A stretch of 64,000 nt of DNA from a virus (taxonomy: Duplodnaviria; Caudoviricetes), in the IMG/VR virus record IMGVR_UViG_2690315653_000003, positions 12,181-76,180 of that record. The stretch is one strand, 5' to 3'. The position numbers were made by a program, and so were the translations under genes. The notes under the pieces were generated by a model. It was not told where the DNA came from. It searched no databases and was given only the letters and a program-made list of their open reading frames with translations. Shown piece by piece: positions 41,162-49,760 of the stretch (positions are counted from its first letter, which is position 1; each line of letters starts with the position of its first letter).

Positions 41162-42193
41162 ATGAAAGACCTTGTGTTTATGTCGGCTCAACCTGATGAT
41201 ATGGTGTTTAGCTGGCAAATTGAATTGTTCATTGAAAATATCCGGGATCTTGGTTATCAAAATGAAATCCAGGTGCTATTGTTTACGCCGGCAGATAGGA
41301 TGTATAACAGAAATCCGAGTCGGTTTAAAGCTCTGGAGAAAAAATATAGCGGAAACAATGTTAAATTCTATTGGTATCCCGATGTTGCTAACTTATTAAC
41401 CTACGGCATTATACCAATAAACTATATCCCGCTCTTAAGGCCACATATACTTAAGCAGCATTTTAAAAGATTTCCGGATTTGAAAGAGAAAGCCATTTTC
41501 TATCATGATTCTGACATCATTTTTACCCAATACCTGGATTTTAGCCCATACTTAAGTGACGATATCTGCTATCTGTCAAATACCGGCAATTATATGAACG
41601 TAGGGTATTTTGAAAGTAAAACAAAACAGGTTCTTACTCATAAAGCTCAGGAATATGAACAGATAGACATATTAGACCAGTGTTGCCGGTTTGCAGGAAT
41701 TACCAGGGAGATCTGCGAAAAAAATGATGAGGTGTGTGGTGGTGCCCAGTATCTGCTAAAAAATATTGATAGTGACTTCTGGGAGGATGTGGAAAGGGGT
41801 GCCTACAGAATAAGAAATTACCTGGCCTACGAACTGGCTGGTATAAACCTTCGCTTCTTTAAAGATGAAAACGATGGTTTCCAAAGCTGGTGCGCTGACA
41901 TGTGGGCATTACTCTGGAATCTATGGAATCGAGCATATAAAACCAGCGTGCCGGAAGACTTTGGCTTTGCATGGGCAACGGATAAAATTGAGAAATGGAA
42001 CCAGGTGTATTTTTATCATGATGCCGGCGTTGGTGCCAAAAATGAATTTTACTTATTTAACAAACGTCGCCCAAACTATATTTCAAACCAGCTTTTACCT
42101 TACCATGATGACTTAAGCCACGTATCAGCGGGGTTTTGCTCTTATAAGTATGTCCAACACATCAGGGCGGTAAAAGAAAAGAATAAATATTAA
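41162..42193 (+). CDS. glycosyltransferase-like protein (GT-A fold, GT95/GT96-like), paralogue 2
   Basis: Start moved to ATG 41162 (MKDLVFMSAQPD) to match paralogue 1; 'WQ', 'YIPLLRP', 'FYHDSDIIF' (DxD), 'GGAQY', 'WCADMW', 'HDAG'. Confidence 0.7.
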   Translation: MKDLVFMSAQPDDMVFSWQIELFIENIRDLGYQNEIQVLLFTPADRMYNRNPSRFKALEKKYSGNNVKFYWYPDVANLLTYGIIPINYIPLLRPHILKQHFKRFPDLKEKAIFYHDSDIIFTQYLDFSPYLSDDICYLSNTGNYMNVGYFESKTKQVLTHKAQEYEQIDILDQCCRFAGITREICEKNDEVCGGAQYLLKNIDSDFWEDVERGAYRIRNYLAYELAGINLRFFKDENDGFQSWCADMWALLWNLWNRAYKTSVPEDFGFAWATDKIEKWNQVYFYHDAGVGAKNEFYLFNKRRPNYISNQLLPYHDDLSHVSAGFCSYKYVQHIRAVKEKNKY

Positions 42194-42197
42194 TCCT

Positions 42198-42482
42198 ATG
42201 TCTCCCAAAGCTTTTATTAAATATAGTTCAGCCGATATGCTTACAAGCGGTGTATTGGTAATTAATGATGCTATACCCACCGGACTCGGATGGATAGAAG
42301 TGCCTTACACCAACTGTTGTAGTCAGGTTGGATTTCCGGCTATGCCAGCATCGTCTTTAAAAAAGAGAGGATATATCAAATATTCTAAATCTGGGCAGGT
42401 TGTTGCCGGTTCCACAATTATCAGAAATAAAAAACCAAAGAATGGCTACTGGCAAGAAGTTCCCCTTAAAAGATGCTGCTAA
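42198..42482 (+). CDS. small protein made of two tandem ~38-aa repeats ending in CC
   Basis: KAFIKYS...G..I...P.G.GWIEVP...CC and RGYIKYS...G..I...P..GYWQEVP...CC. Confidence 0.65.
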   Translation: MSPKAFIKYSSADMLTSGVLVINDAIPTGLGWIEVPYTNCCSQVGFPAMPASSLKKRGYIKYSKSGQVVAGSTIIRNKKPKNGYWQEVPLKRCC

Positions 42483-42483
42483 T

Positions 42484-42744
42484 ATGATCGATAAACTTCC
42501 TGTTATCCAGCGGTTCCTGCTATTCTTATCGAAAAACGTGGTGGCTTTAATGTTGGTATTACTGGCCACTTCAGTGACAGCAAACGTTTATTTAATCAAA
42601 GAGATCATCAGGGTAGGAGCAAATAGTGATGCTTTTAAAAATGCTACAATCGACTATGAAAGAAGGCGAGGTGAAAAACTGGAAGAAATCTTGCATCAGG
42701 AAGTAAAGCGGGAAACACTAATAAAACAAAATAGCCATGAGTAA
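42484..42744 (+). CDS. membrane protein, holin-like candidate
   Basis: ATG 42484 directly after the previous stop; one hydrophobic helix (VVALMLVLLATSVTANVYL) plus a charged C-terminus. Confidence 0.5.
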   Translation: MIDKLPVIQRFLLFLSKNVVALMLVLLATSVTANVYLIKEIIRVGANSDAFKNATIDYERRRGEKLEEILHQEVKRETLIKQNSHE

Positions 42745-42967
42745 AATCAGAATCATTCTGTCATTAACAATTGTCTGCCTGCTCATTATTTTCTCAGGAC
42801 AAACTCCCGCCCCAGGAAATAAACCTTTTTATCTCTCCTCTGATCTGCCAAAGGACTCCGTGATAAGGATCCTGCGTGAAGAAAATATGCGAACGCTTGG
42901 ATTTATAGAGGATAAATCAAGAAAATATGATTCAATACATCCTCCGGTGGATACAATCAAACGGTAA
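42737..42967 (+). CDS. small membrane-anchored protein
   Basis: N-terminal hydrophobic stretch IILSLTIVCLLIIF; overlaps its neighbours. Confidence 0.5.
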   Translation: MSKIRIILSLTIVCLLIIFSGQTPAPGNKPFYLSSDLPKDSVIRILREENMRTLGFIEDKSRKYDSIHPPVDTIKR

Positions 42968-43613
42968 TAAAGTTAAATACCTACTGGTACTGATTGTTAT
43001 TCTTATTCTGTGCCATTTTACCTGTAGAAAGCTAATTGGTGTCCTTTCTCCATCAGATACGGCCACAAGCACCCTGGAACCTGTTCGCAATATTACTGAT
43101 AACAACGGAAAAATACTCGCCGTGATCAGGTCTCAGGAATTAAAGCTGCTCGAAAATAAACTACTTATTGATTCTCTTGCTGGTGCTTTAAGGATTAAAC
43201 CCACAGCAGTAAAATCCATTGAAAGGTACGTAGTAAGAACCGATACTGTAATACGCACAGATGTAAAATACGTCAGAACAGCCGACTCAGTAATTCTCTC
43301 AAAGGATGATAGCTATTTGCATCTTTTGGCGGTGGGCAAGGATTCAGGGATCTCTTATTTCAGACTGAAACATACTGATACAATCTGTCGTGTTGAGGTT
43401 ATTAAAGCACCTCTACTGAGGCGTGCTTATACCGATATTTACCTCCGTAGCGCAAGTCCTTATAATACTATTGTATCAGGAAATTCGATAAGGGTAATTT
43501 CCCCCCAGCCCTTTCTAACAATAGGTCCTTATATTGGATATGATCCATTTGTAAATAAGATGTCATTTGGGCTGTCAGTTCAATACCCAGTTATAAAAAT
43601 ATACAAGAAATAA
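42927..43613 (+). CDS. spanin-like/lysis accessory membrane protein
   Basis: N-terminal TM; 'TDTVI..D' repeats; C-terminal beta hairpin 'IGPYIGYD...FGLSVQY' typical of Bacteroidota phage lysis-region proteins. Confidence 0.5.
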   Translation: MIQYILRWIQSNGNKVKYLLVLIVILILCHFTCRKLIGVLSPSDTATSTLEPVRNITDNNGKILAVIRSQELKLLENKLLIDSLAGALRIKPTAVKSIERYVVRTDTVIRTDVKYVRTADSVILSKDDSYLHLLAVGKDSGISYFRLKHTDTICRVEVIKAPLLRRAYTDIYLRSASPYNTIVSGNSIRVISPQPFLTIGPYIGYDPFVNKMSFGLSVQYPVIKIYKK

Positions 43614-43616
43614 TTA

Positions 43617-44297
43617 TCATGACAGATATTTTCCTGGTCTCATTGAAAAGTTGATCTCCTTTTCCAAATCGGCTATAATCCTGTATGCTTCTGGATCATA
43701 CTGTTTTACTTCAGATAAATCATGATCGTTCATAAAAATACATATCCTACAGCTGAACCTGCGAAGATGCCTGTAGATAGGATGAAGGGGTATATTCCTT
43801 TTTTCCAGGTAATCAAGTACTTCCATTTCATTCCAGTGATGAATCGGAAGCCAGTCCCAAACAGTTCTTTTGCTATTGGTTAAAGCTTTATTTCTTTTCA
43901 GAGGATTTAATTTGCCTCTTGACCTGCTTTCCTGAGCTCTCATTCCCATACAATTGATTATTGTAGTGGACTTTATATTCCTGCGAATCCATGTCTGTAT
44001 AGGGCCTCTTTTTAAGTCTGAGGTGCATTGCCTGGTTGTCGCTGATGGGAATTTTCGACGCTTTCGGATCATAGATAAAAAGGTTTTATTTTCATTACGA
44101 CAAACATCCAGCTGCAAACCCATTAATGCCACAATTTTCTTGCACCACTCTACCGCATCTTTATGCTCCCAGCCAGTATCGGCCATAATAATTCTCTTTT
44201 TTACTTGAGGGTAGTGCTCACAAAGATAGGCCAGCATTGCAGAGGAGTCTTTTCCTCCTGAGAAATTGATAACTAATTCAATATTTTGATGTTTCAT
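43617..44297 (-). CDS. PAPS-reductase-family (PP-loop) protein
   Basis: 'FSGGKDS', 'DTGWE', 'R.CT..LK..P', 'G.RA.ES..R', 'PI..W', 'R.SC..C'. Confidence 0.9.
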   Translation of the reverse strand: MKHQNIELVINFSGGKDSSAMLAYLCEHYPQVKKRIIMADTGWEHKDAVEWCKKIVALMGLQLDVCRNENKTFLSMIRKRRKFPSATTRQCTSDLKRGPIQTWIRRNIKSTTIINCMGMRAQESRSRGKLNPLKRNKALTNSKRTVWDWLPIHHWNEMEVLDYLEKRNIPLHPIYRHLRRFSCRICIFMNDHDLSEVKQYDPEAYRIIADLEKEINFSMRPGKYLS

Positions 44298-44308
44298 TGG
44301 CTATAGAT

Positions 44309-44350
44309 AAAAAAGGCCGATAGCAGGAATAAATCCGCTACCGGCCTTTT
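44309..44350. terminator. bidirectional intrinsic terminator
   Basis: AAAAAAGGCCG-A-TAGC...GCTA-C-CGGCCTTTT; T-tract follows the stem on both strands. Confidence 0.75.
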
Positions 44351-44352
44351 GA

Positions 44353-44703
44353 TTATAATACGAAGACCACGAGGGCCATAAGCTCCTCGAATTTCTTTTT
44401 TGCTGCAGGTACTTTATCTATATCCTGCTCAATCTGCTGATGTATCTCAGGCTTTACCATCATTATATTCCATTTACAATACCGAAACTGGGGATATTTT
44501 GCCTTTGGCAATAAATGATGAAACATTGTGGAAAGTGGTTCAGTTCCCAGTGATTGGCCAGTTATTTCACAAATCCCGTTGCGTTCCTCCCAGATTTCCT
44601 GATAAAATTCACTATCCAGGATATACCTTCCGGATTGCTGTTTCTTTTTTGCCCGCTGTTTCTCGCTGATTGGCGAGAAGGGTTTATACCGTTTTAATGC
44701 CAT
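44353..44703 (-). CDS. HNH/NinG-like nuclease-fold protein
   Basis: 'CEITG...HHLLPK..YP..R....NI......H' pattern. Confidence 0.65.
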   Translation of the reverse strand: MALKRYKPFSPISEKQRAKKKQQSGRYILDSEFYQEIWEERNGICEITGQSLGTEPLSTMFHHLLPKAKYPQFRYCKWNIMMVKPEIHQQIEQDIDKVPAAKKKFEELMALVVFVL

Positions 44704-44705
44704 AT

Positions 44706-45092
44706 TTATGCCTCCAGTTCCATACGATATTGCTTTTCACGAATCAGCATTACTAGCACTCTTGTGCGTTTCATAGGCATATTGGTCATCAGCCAACTTA
44801 TCGCTTTATCCAGCCATGCAGTTTTTATATCCTTAAGCCTTAAGACCATCAATTTTCCTTCTTTCAGCGCCTTCAGGACGAATCCATATTCCCGGACCGT
44901 TTCATAGTCATCCCATACATGCAGGGATATAGGTTGTATCAGATTTATATCAACTCCAGAGAATTGTTGGTAGTGTAACCCACCATCAACAGTCGTTTTA
45001 TTAGAACAACCACAGGTTTTTGCCTCGTGTCTATATTTGGATTCCACCACCATGCCACATTTCAGGCATCTGGCTGCATTATATACTAACAT
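44706..45092 (-). CDS. phage Zn-ribbon protein
   Basis: 'NAARCLKCG..VES..RH....CGC....VDGG' motif common in phages. Confidence 0.7.
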   Translation of the reverse strand: MLVYNAARCLKCGMVVESKYRHEAKTCGCSNKTTVDGGLHYQQFSGVDINLIQPISLHVWDDYETVREYGFVLKALKEGKLMVLRLKDIKTAWLDKAISWLMTNMPMKRTRVLVMLIREKQYRMELEA

Positions 45093-45093
45093 A

Positions 45094-45474
45094 TTATTTG
45101 TTGCGTTTTATCACAGTTACTACAATATTGTCTCTCACTTTAACTAAGAAATCGTCTACGGGGTAGGTGCCGTTGCCCAGCGTTAGTACCATGTTTTTTA
45201 ACGAAGGCGTTAAAATCCTGGCTGCCACTTCAGAAGGTGGAAGAGGCTGCACTCTCTCAATGAATCGTAGAATAGCATGCTCAGAAACAATAACATTGTT
45301 ACGTTTCATCAGCCGTAGCATCTTTTCTGTTTTATTAATATTATTGTTGACTTCTCCTAATTGCTGATTTAGCCCGTTAATTTTAAACAGTATAATATCG
45401 CGCTCTCCATTTAGAGAATGCAAATGGGACTGTAGCCCTTTAAGAGAACGATTATTCACAACCACGTCATCCAT
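45094..45474 (-). CDS. hypothetical protein (coiled coil plus 'SEHAILRFIER' domain)
   Basis: 126 aa, tightly packed; C-terminal 'VRDNIVVTV'. Confidence 0.6.
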   Translation of the reverse strand: MDDVVVNNRSLKGLQSHLHSLNGERDIILFKINGLNQQLGEVNNNINKTEKMLRLMKRNNVIVSEHAILRFIERVQPLPPSEVAARILTPSLKNMVLTLGNGTYPVDDFLVKVRDNIVVTVIKRNK

Positions 45475-45484
45475 CTCTATCCGT

Positions 45485-46456
45485 TTATTTGAGGTTTATT
45501 ACTTTGGCTTCCACCTCCCTATAAAGCTCCTCATTATCTTCAAGGAGTTTTCGCAGCGAATCTTCTCCCTGGCCCAACTGCGATCCTGCATAAGAATACC
45601 AGCTTCCGGATTTTTGGATGATATCGGCCTCGACAGCCAGGGCTATCACTTCTCTTATCCGGCTGATACCTTTTCCCCATTCCAGGTAAACCAAAGCTTC
45701 CTTAAAGGGAGCTGCCATTTTGTTTTTTATAATCTTTACTTTGATTTTATTTCCCCCGCCATCCTTATCCATCTGCGATCTTCTCATATCGATCCTAACA
45801 GATGAATAGAATTTAAGCGCTTCCCCTCCAGATCCAGTCTCCGGTGACCCATATAGTACGCCAACTTTTATACGTATCTGATTTATGAAAATGATAAGAG
45901 TGCCTGTTTTCTCTGCTATCGGAACAAGCATCCTGAGCGCCTGTGACATCATCCATGCCTGTCTGCCAATATTACTGTCGCCAACTTCTCCTTCCAGTTC
46001 TTTTTTAGGAACTAGGGCAGACACAGAATCGACAACTATTACTCCCAGTCGGCCAGATTCAGTTAAAGTTTTAACAATATTTAATGCCTGCTCCCCATAA
46101 TCGGGCTGACTAATAAATAAGGTATTAATATCCACGCCCAGGCTTTTTGCATAATTTGTATCCAGTGCGTGTTCCATATCTATATAGGCAGCAGATAGCC
46201 CCATACTTTGGGCGCAGGCAACAGTTTGCAGACACACCGTTGTCTTGCCAGCACTTTCCGGTGCTAATATTTCGACAATTCTTCCCCGGGGTAAACCATT
46301 AATGCCTATTGCCTGATCAATTAATAAACTGCCGGTACTGACAACCGGAACAATAGCTCCTTTTTCATTGGCAGTAATAATGGTGCCTTTGCCATATGTT
46401 TTATTAATCCTTAACATCACTTCCTGCAGCGCAGGGCCTTTCTCTTCAGAAATCAT
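45485..46456 (-). CDS. recA: RecA recombinase
   Basis: 'STGSL..D.A.G..GLPRGRIVEI.APESAGKTT', 'IDMEHALD', 'SQPDYGEQAL', 'VVDSV.ALVP..E', 'IFINQIR', 'GGEALKFYSSVR', 'KNK.A.PF'. Confidence 0.97.
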   Translation of the reverse strand: MISEEKGPALQEVMLRINKTYGKGTIITANEKGAIVPVVSTGSLLIDQAIGINGLPRGRIVEILAPESAGKTTVCLQTVACAQSMGLSAAYIDMEHALDTNYAKSLGVDINTLFISQPDYGEQALNIVKTLTESGRLGVIVVDSVSALVPKKELEGEVGDSNIGRQAWMMSQALRMLVPIAEKTGTLIIFINQIRIKVGVLYGSPETGSGGEALKFYSSVRIDMRRSQMDKDGGGNKIKVKIIKNKMAAPFKEALVYLEWGKGISRIREVIALAVEADIIQKSGSWYSYAGSQLGQGEDSLRKLLEDNEELYREVEAKVINLK

Positions 46457-46563
46457 TTTACTGGGTTAAGTTTGGGTCTTACCGGAAGTGCGCCGGCACT
46501 TAAAAAAGGGGATCTATATTATTGGATTACAAAATGGGATCAGTAAAGGGGAATATGCTGTGA

Positions 46564-46983
46564 TTATTTATCCAGATAATATGTATGATTTTTTTCGATA
46601 AATTCCATTATTTCCAATAGCACTATACTGGTTAATGGCTCGCTTTCTAACTGATTTTCAAATTTCCGATAGGAGTTTATGATGGTAGTATGTTCTTTGC
46701 CGGTATATCCTGCCAGCTTCAGAAGGGAATAGCCTGCCTTTACCATGATAAAGTATATCAATCCACGCCTGAAAATAAATTGAGATCTGCGTGATTCTGT
46801 AAAGACTTGCTCCCAGCTCCAGTCAGCGGCATCCAATATCATATTTATAACAATGGGCATTTCAATCTGAATCGGTAGCTGGCATGCTGACTCCCACCTG
46901 CTGCATACAGTGATCTTGAGATTTTTCCCTGTCTTAGTGGTAAAATCCTTTTTGTATCCGGCTATAAGATCATACTCTTTCAT
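46564..46983 (-). CDS. DnaA domain IV-like HTH DNA-binding protein
   Basis: 'SRR.....R.......GYSL..LA...GKEHTTIINS' matches the DnaA C-terminal pattern (GxDHTTV). Confidence 0.65.
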   Translation of the reverse strand: MKEYDLIAGYKKDFTTKTGKNLKITVCSRWESACQLPIQIEMPIVINMILDAADWSWEQVFTESRRSQFIFRRGLIYFIMVKAGYSLLKLAGYTGKEHTTIINSYRKFENQLESEPLTSIVLLEIMEFIEKNHTYYLDK

Positions 46984-47353
46984 TGTGATGAGCTATCGGG
47001 TTACTTTCAAGGATTTGAAATGCTGCTAACATACCTTCTTCCTCCGCCAGTATTCTGTCTCCATATTTTTTCTCATGGACAGAGACTACATCAGAGGTTA
47101 CTTTGTATTGCCAGATACCATCAGCCTCCCAGAGGACACATATCCGTATTTGTATTTCATCAAAAAAATCGTAGAGAAATCTTCCTGGGCTGTTAAATAA
47201 CAATGCTCTGATAGATCGTTCAATATCTTTTATTGAAAAATCTATACTCGGGATAGTTGATATCTGCGATTTTTCTTCATACCATTTGAGCATCCTATTA
47301 TAGGCACCAGGACAATTTTCTATTATATAGTTCACTTTTGCTGCGTCCATCAC
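46970..47353 (-). CDS. hypothetical protein
   Basis: 127 aa; overlaps neighbours in the operon. Confidence 0.6.
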   Translation of the reverse strand: MMDAAKVNYIIENCPGAYNRMLKWYEEKSQISTIPSIDFSIKDIERSIRALLFNSPGRFLYDFFDEIQIRICVLWEADGIWQYKVTSDVVSVHEKKYGDRILAEEEGMLAAFQILESNPIAHHNERV

Positions 47354-47913
47354 TGTTTATTTAATTTTTTACGGATTGACTCAATATTTAGTGTTTCTCG
47401 CTTTATATCTGGAATAGACCAACATTCGTCCGCAAGTACGTCATCAACTATTTCTTCCATCGTTGCGATAAAAGCGGGAACTTTAAATATTACCATTAGC
47501 TGCAATGACATGTTAACAACATTGGATCCATCCGGTGATTTTTCATAAGCAGGAAGAAGAGGGACATATTCCGGGCTGAACTTAGAATACTCTCCTTTTA
47601 TAAATCGCCGGTATACCCTTTCGAAACTGGTTGGAAATTTATAAACAAGGACAACAAATCCGCCGGCATAATCATAGTCGGCCAGGATTCCAGTATTGTC
47701 TTTATATTCTTTATCTACAAATTCCTGAAAGCTTTCAAATTCAGGTGGCATAAAAAGCAGGTATACAGGATATTTACAAGGAGCATCCTTTCCGGTTTCT
47801 TTCAGGAAACCGTTAATGAATCCGTACTTACTCTTTACATCTTCTACATTAATACTCAACCCCGGCACCAGAAACAACGTTGTGTTTGTTGATTTCCCCA
47901 CTATCATCAGCAT
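47350..47913 (-). CDS. conserved phage hypothetical protein
   Basis: 187 aa; 'TLFLVP', 'YLLF.P', 'F.KGEYSKFS..Y'. Confidence 0.65.
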   Translation of the reverse strand: MLMIVGKSTNTTLFLVPGLSINVEDVKSKYGFINGFLKETGKDAPCKYPVYLLFMPPEFESFQEFVDKEYKDNTGILADYDYAGGFVVLVYKFPTSFERVYRRFIKGEYSKFSPEYVPLLPAYEKSPDGSNVVNMSLQLMVIFKVPAFIATMEEIVDDVLADECWSIPDIKRETLNIESIRKKLNKQ

Positions 47914-48955
47914 AAATTTTTATGGTACAATCACCTTTGTTTTCAAAATTTCGCATAGATATATCCCAGATTTCTGAGTCTCTATGCCATTTAAGGGCTG
48001 AAATGGCTTCGTTGACACCCATATACCATTTGTTTCCATCGGCAAATCCATCTCTGGCATTAATCATGTTTCCTTTTCCGATTCTGAAAATAAGAGGAGC
48101 AATTTGGGCTTTAGAATGAGCGACAATAAACCGCATGGGTATGATGCGATAATTTCCATATCCATTTTCTTTTGCCCACTGGCGAATGGCCATGTAATAC
48201 AGAAATGCCTGTATGTAGTATCTGAATTTGCGATAGGAGAAGTTAAATAGCTCAACATCGAAAGTGACCTTCAGGTCAAATATTTCAATAATTTTCAAGT
48301 CATGATCTACGGAGACCATATCCAATTTGGACTTCATTTTTATTCCCAGATATTCATAGAGTACTACCAGCTGATAGTGAATATTATATCTTTCGTTAGA
48401 CTTACGACATACGATATTTGACGTTTTCCAATGTTTCTGAAGCTGCGCTATACAATTGTCTGCATATTTCAGGTCGGTAGGTCCTACCAGATATTTGTCA
48501 GAATTGGCCAGCATTTCTTTATAGTAACGTTCCTGTTCACTACCCTCAAACTCCATAAGAACTGTTTCATACGACGTTTTCTTGAGTTTTTCTCTAATAC
48601 CCTTTGAATTGAACGCGACTGCATTGAAGGCATCGGCTAATAATTCAGTAAAATCCCTCGTAACAACCCCTTCCGGTGATAGAGCAGCAATGGTATAATT
48701 GTACAATTTTTCTATTACCTCACCCATTTGTCCCTTAGGCTTATTATTTGTTGCCTCTTTAAATAATTCATGATAAACATCCGGCGTCCAAAGTTTAGTT
48801 TCTACCAATGTTCCAAATGTCATATCATAGGTTTGCTCCTCCACTTTTCTTATTCTCAGCTCATGTTTTTCATAGTATTTCCACCGGTCTTCTATAAAAT
48901 CTTTCAGTGAACTGTACGATAATCTGTTTATCGCCCTATACTCTCTTTCTGTCAT
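47849..48955 (-). CDS. PD-(D/E)xK exonuclease (RecE/exonuclease VIII-like)
   Basis: Start moved to MTEREY; 'LSYSSLKDF', 'FGT.V', 'KSKLD', 'IFDLK', 'YYIQA..Y'. Confidence 0.8.
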   Translation of the reverse strand: MTEREYRAINRLSYSSLKDFIEDRWKYYEKHELRIRKVEEQTYDMTFGTLVETKLWTPDVYHELFKEATNNKPKGQMGEVIEKLYNYTIAALSPEGVVTRDFTELLADAFNAVAFNSKGIREKLKKTSYETVLMEFEGSEQERYYKEMLANSDKYLVGPTDLKYADNCIAQLQKHWKTSNIVCRKSNERYNIHYQLVVLYEYLGIKMKSKLDMVSVDHDLKIIEIFDLKVTFDVELFNFSYRKFRYYIQAFLYYMAIRQWAKENGYGNYRIIPMRFIVAHSKAQIAPLIFRIGKGNMINARDGFADGNKWYMGVNEAISALKWHRDSEIWDISMRNFENKGDCTIKIYADDSGEINKHNVVSGAGVEY

Positions 48956-48977
48956 CACTATTAGTTTTATCAGATGA

Positions 48978-49265
48978 TCAATTATATACCACAGTGGATA
49001 TTGTATTGGGGAAAACCTCCATAAGTTCTTCTTCATCAAGAATGTCGGGCCAGCTATTTTCCGCCCTCGTTCTGTGTTTTACATGCTTCCAGAACACGCC
49101 GGTATAGTAAAATATGTCGGCCTTTTCCTCAGTTTGCCTCCCCTCAATCTCCTTCCAGTTTCCTTTTGAAATTATAGATAGTCCCATCTGCGGAACAGGT
49201 TTGCAGGTCATTATTCCATATCTGATCATATCAGGGAGGTCTGCGAGTCTTAGAATGTTTCTCAT
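48978..49265 (-). CDS. hypothetical protein
   Basis: 95 aa, ATGA-coupled to the resolvase gene. Confidence 0.55.
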   Translation of the reverse strand: MRNILRLADLPDMIRYGIMTCKPVPQMGLSIISKGNWKEIEGRQTEEKADIFYYTGVFWKHVKHRTRAENSWPDILDEEELMEVFPNTISTVVYN

Positions 49266-49753
49266 GTTTCAAAAAATTTATTTCTTATGCAAAAAGCCAT
49301 CAGCCGGCACCAATCATCAAACATCATGGAAACAATGTGATGCTCCGGTGCTCGTCCGTCCAGCTTGTGAAATAAAAAAGTCATCCTACTATGAATTGGA
49401 TCATCACCAGGGAAATTTTTAATAAGCTGTTCCTTTATATTTTTGAATATTTCTTCCGGCTTAGGTCTCGACTTTCGATACCCGGTTTTGAGTGAAGCAT
49501 TAAAAGGAATGCCGCTTAAATCAATACCGGAATTATCGAGCAGTCGGGACGCTTGCCTGGAAGTTTTACAATAATTAAAGGCAAATAAATCCCTGAGTTG
49601 TTTTGCAACCCATCTTTCGTAAGTATTTCCTTTCTGTTTACTGTTAATACGCTGCTTCCTTGGATATGCAGCATCATCTACGAGGGTAGATTTTTTCGGG
49701 GTTTTCAATGGATAGGGGGGATTAACTAAATAAAAGTAGGATAATGATTTCAT
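49262..49753 (-). CDS. Holliday junction resolvase (Hjc-like PD-(D/E)xK)
   Basis: 'NSKQKGNTYER.VA..L', 'GIDL', '.SLK'. Confidence 0.7.
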   Translation of the reverse strand: MKSLSYFYLVNPPYPLKTPKKSTLVDDAAYPRKQRINSKQKGNTYERWVAKQLRDLFAFNYCKTSRQASRLLDNSGIDLSGIPFNASLKTGYRKSRPKPEEIFKNIKEQLIKNFPGDDPIHSRMTFLFHKLDGRAPEHHIVSMMFDDWCRLMAFCIRNKFFET

Positions 49754-49760
49754 TATTTTA

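Noticed and set aside
46486-46501. Small hairpin AAGTGC-GCCG-GCACTT upstream of recA as a terminator
   Set aside because: Only 6 bp and the T-tract precedes rather than follows the stem on the coding strand
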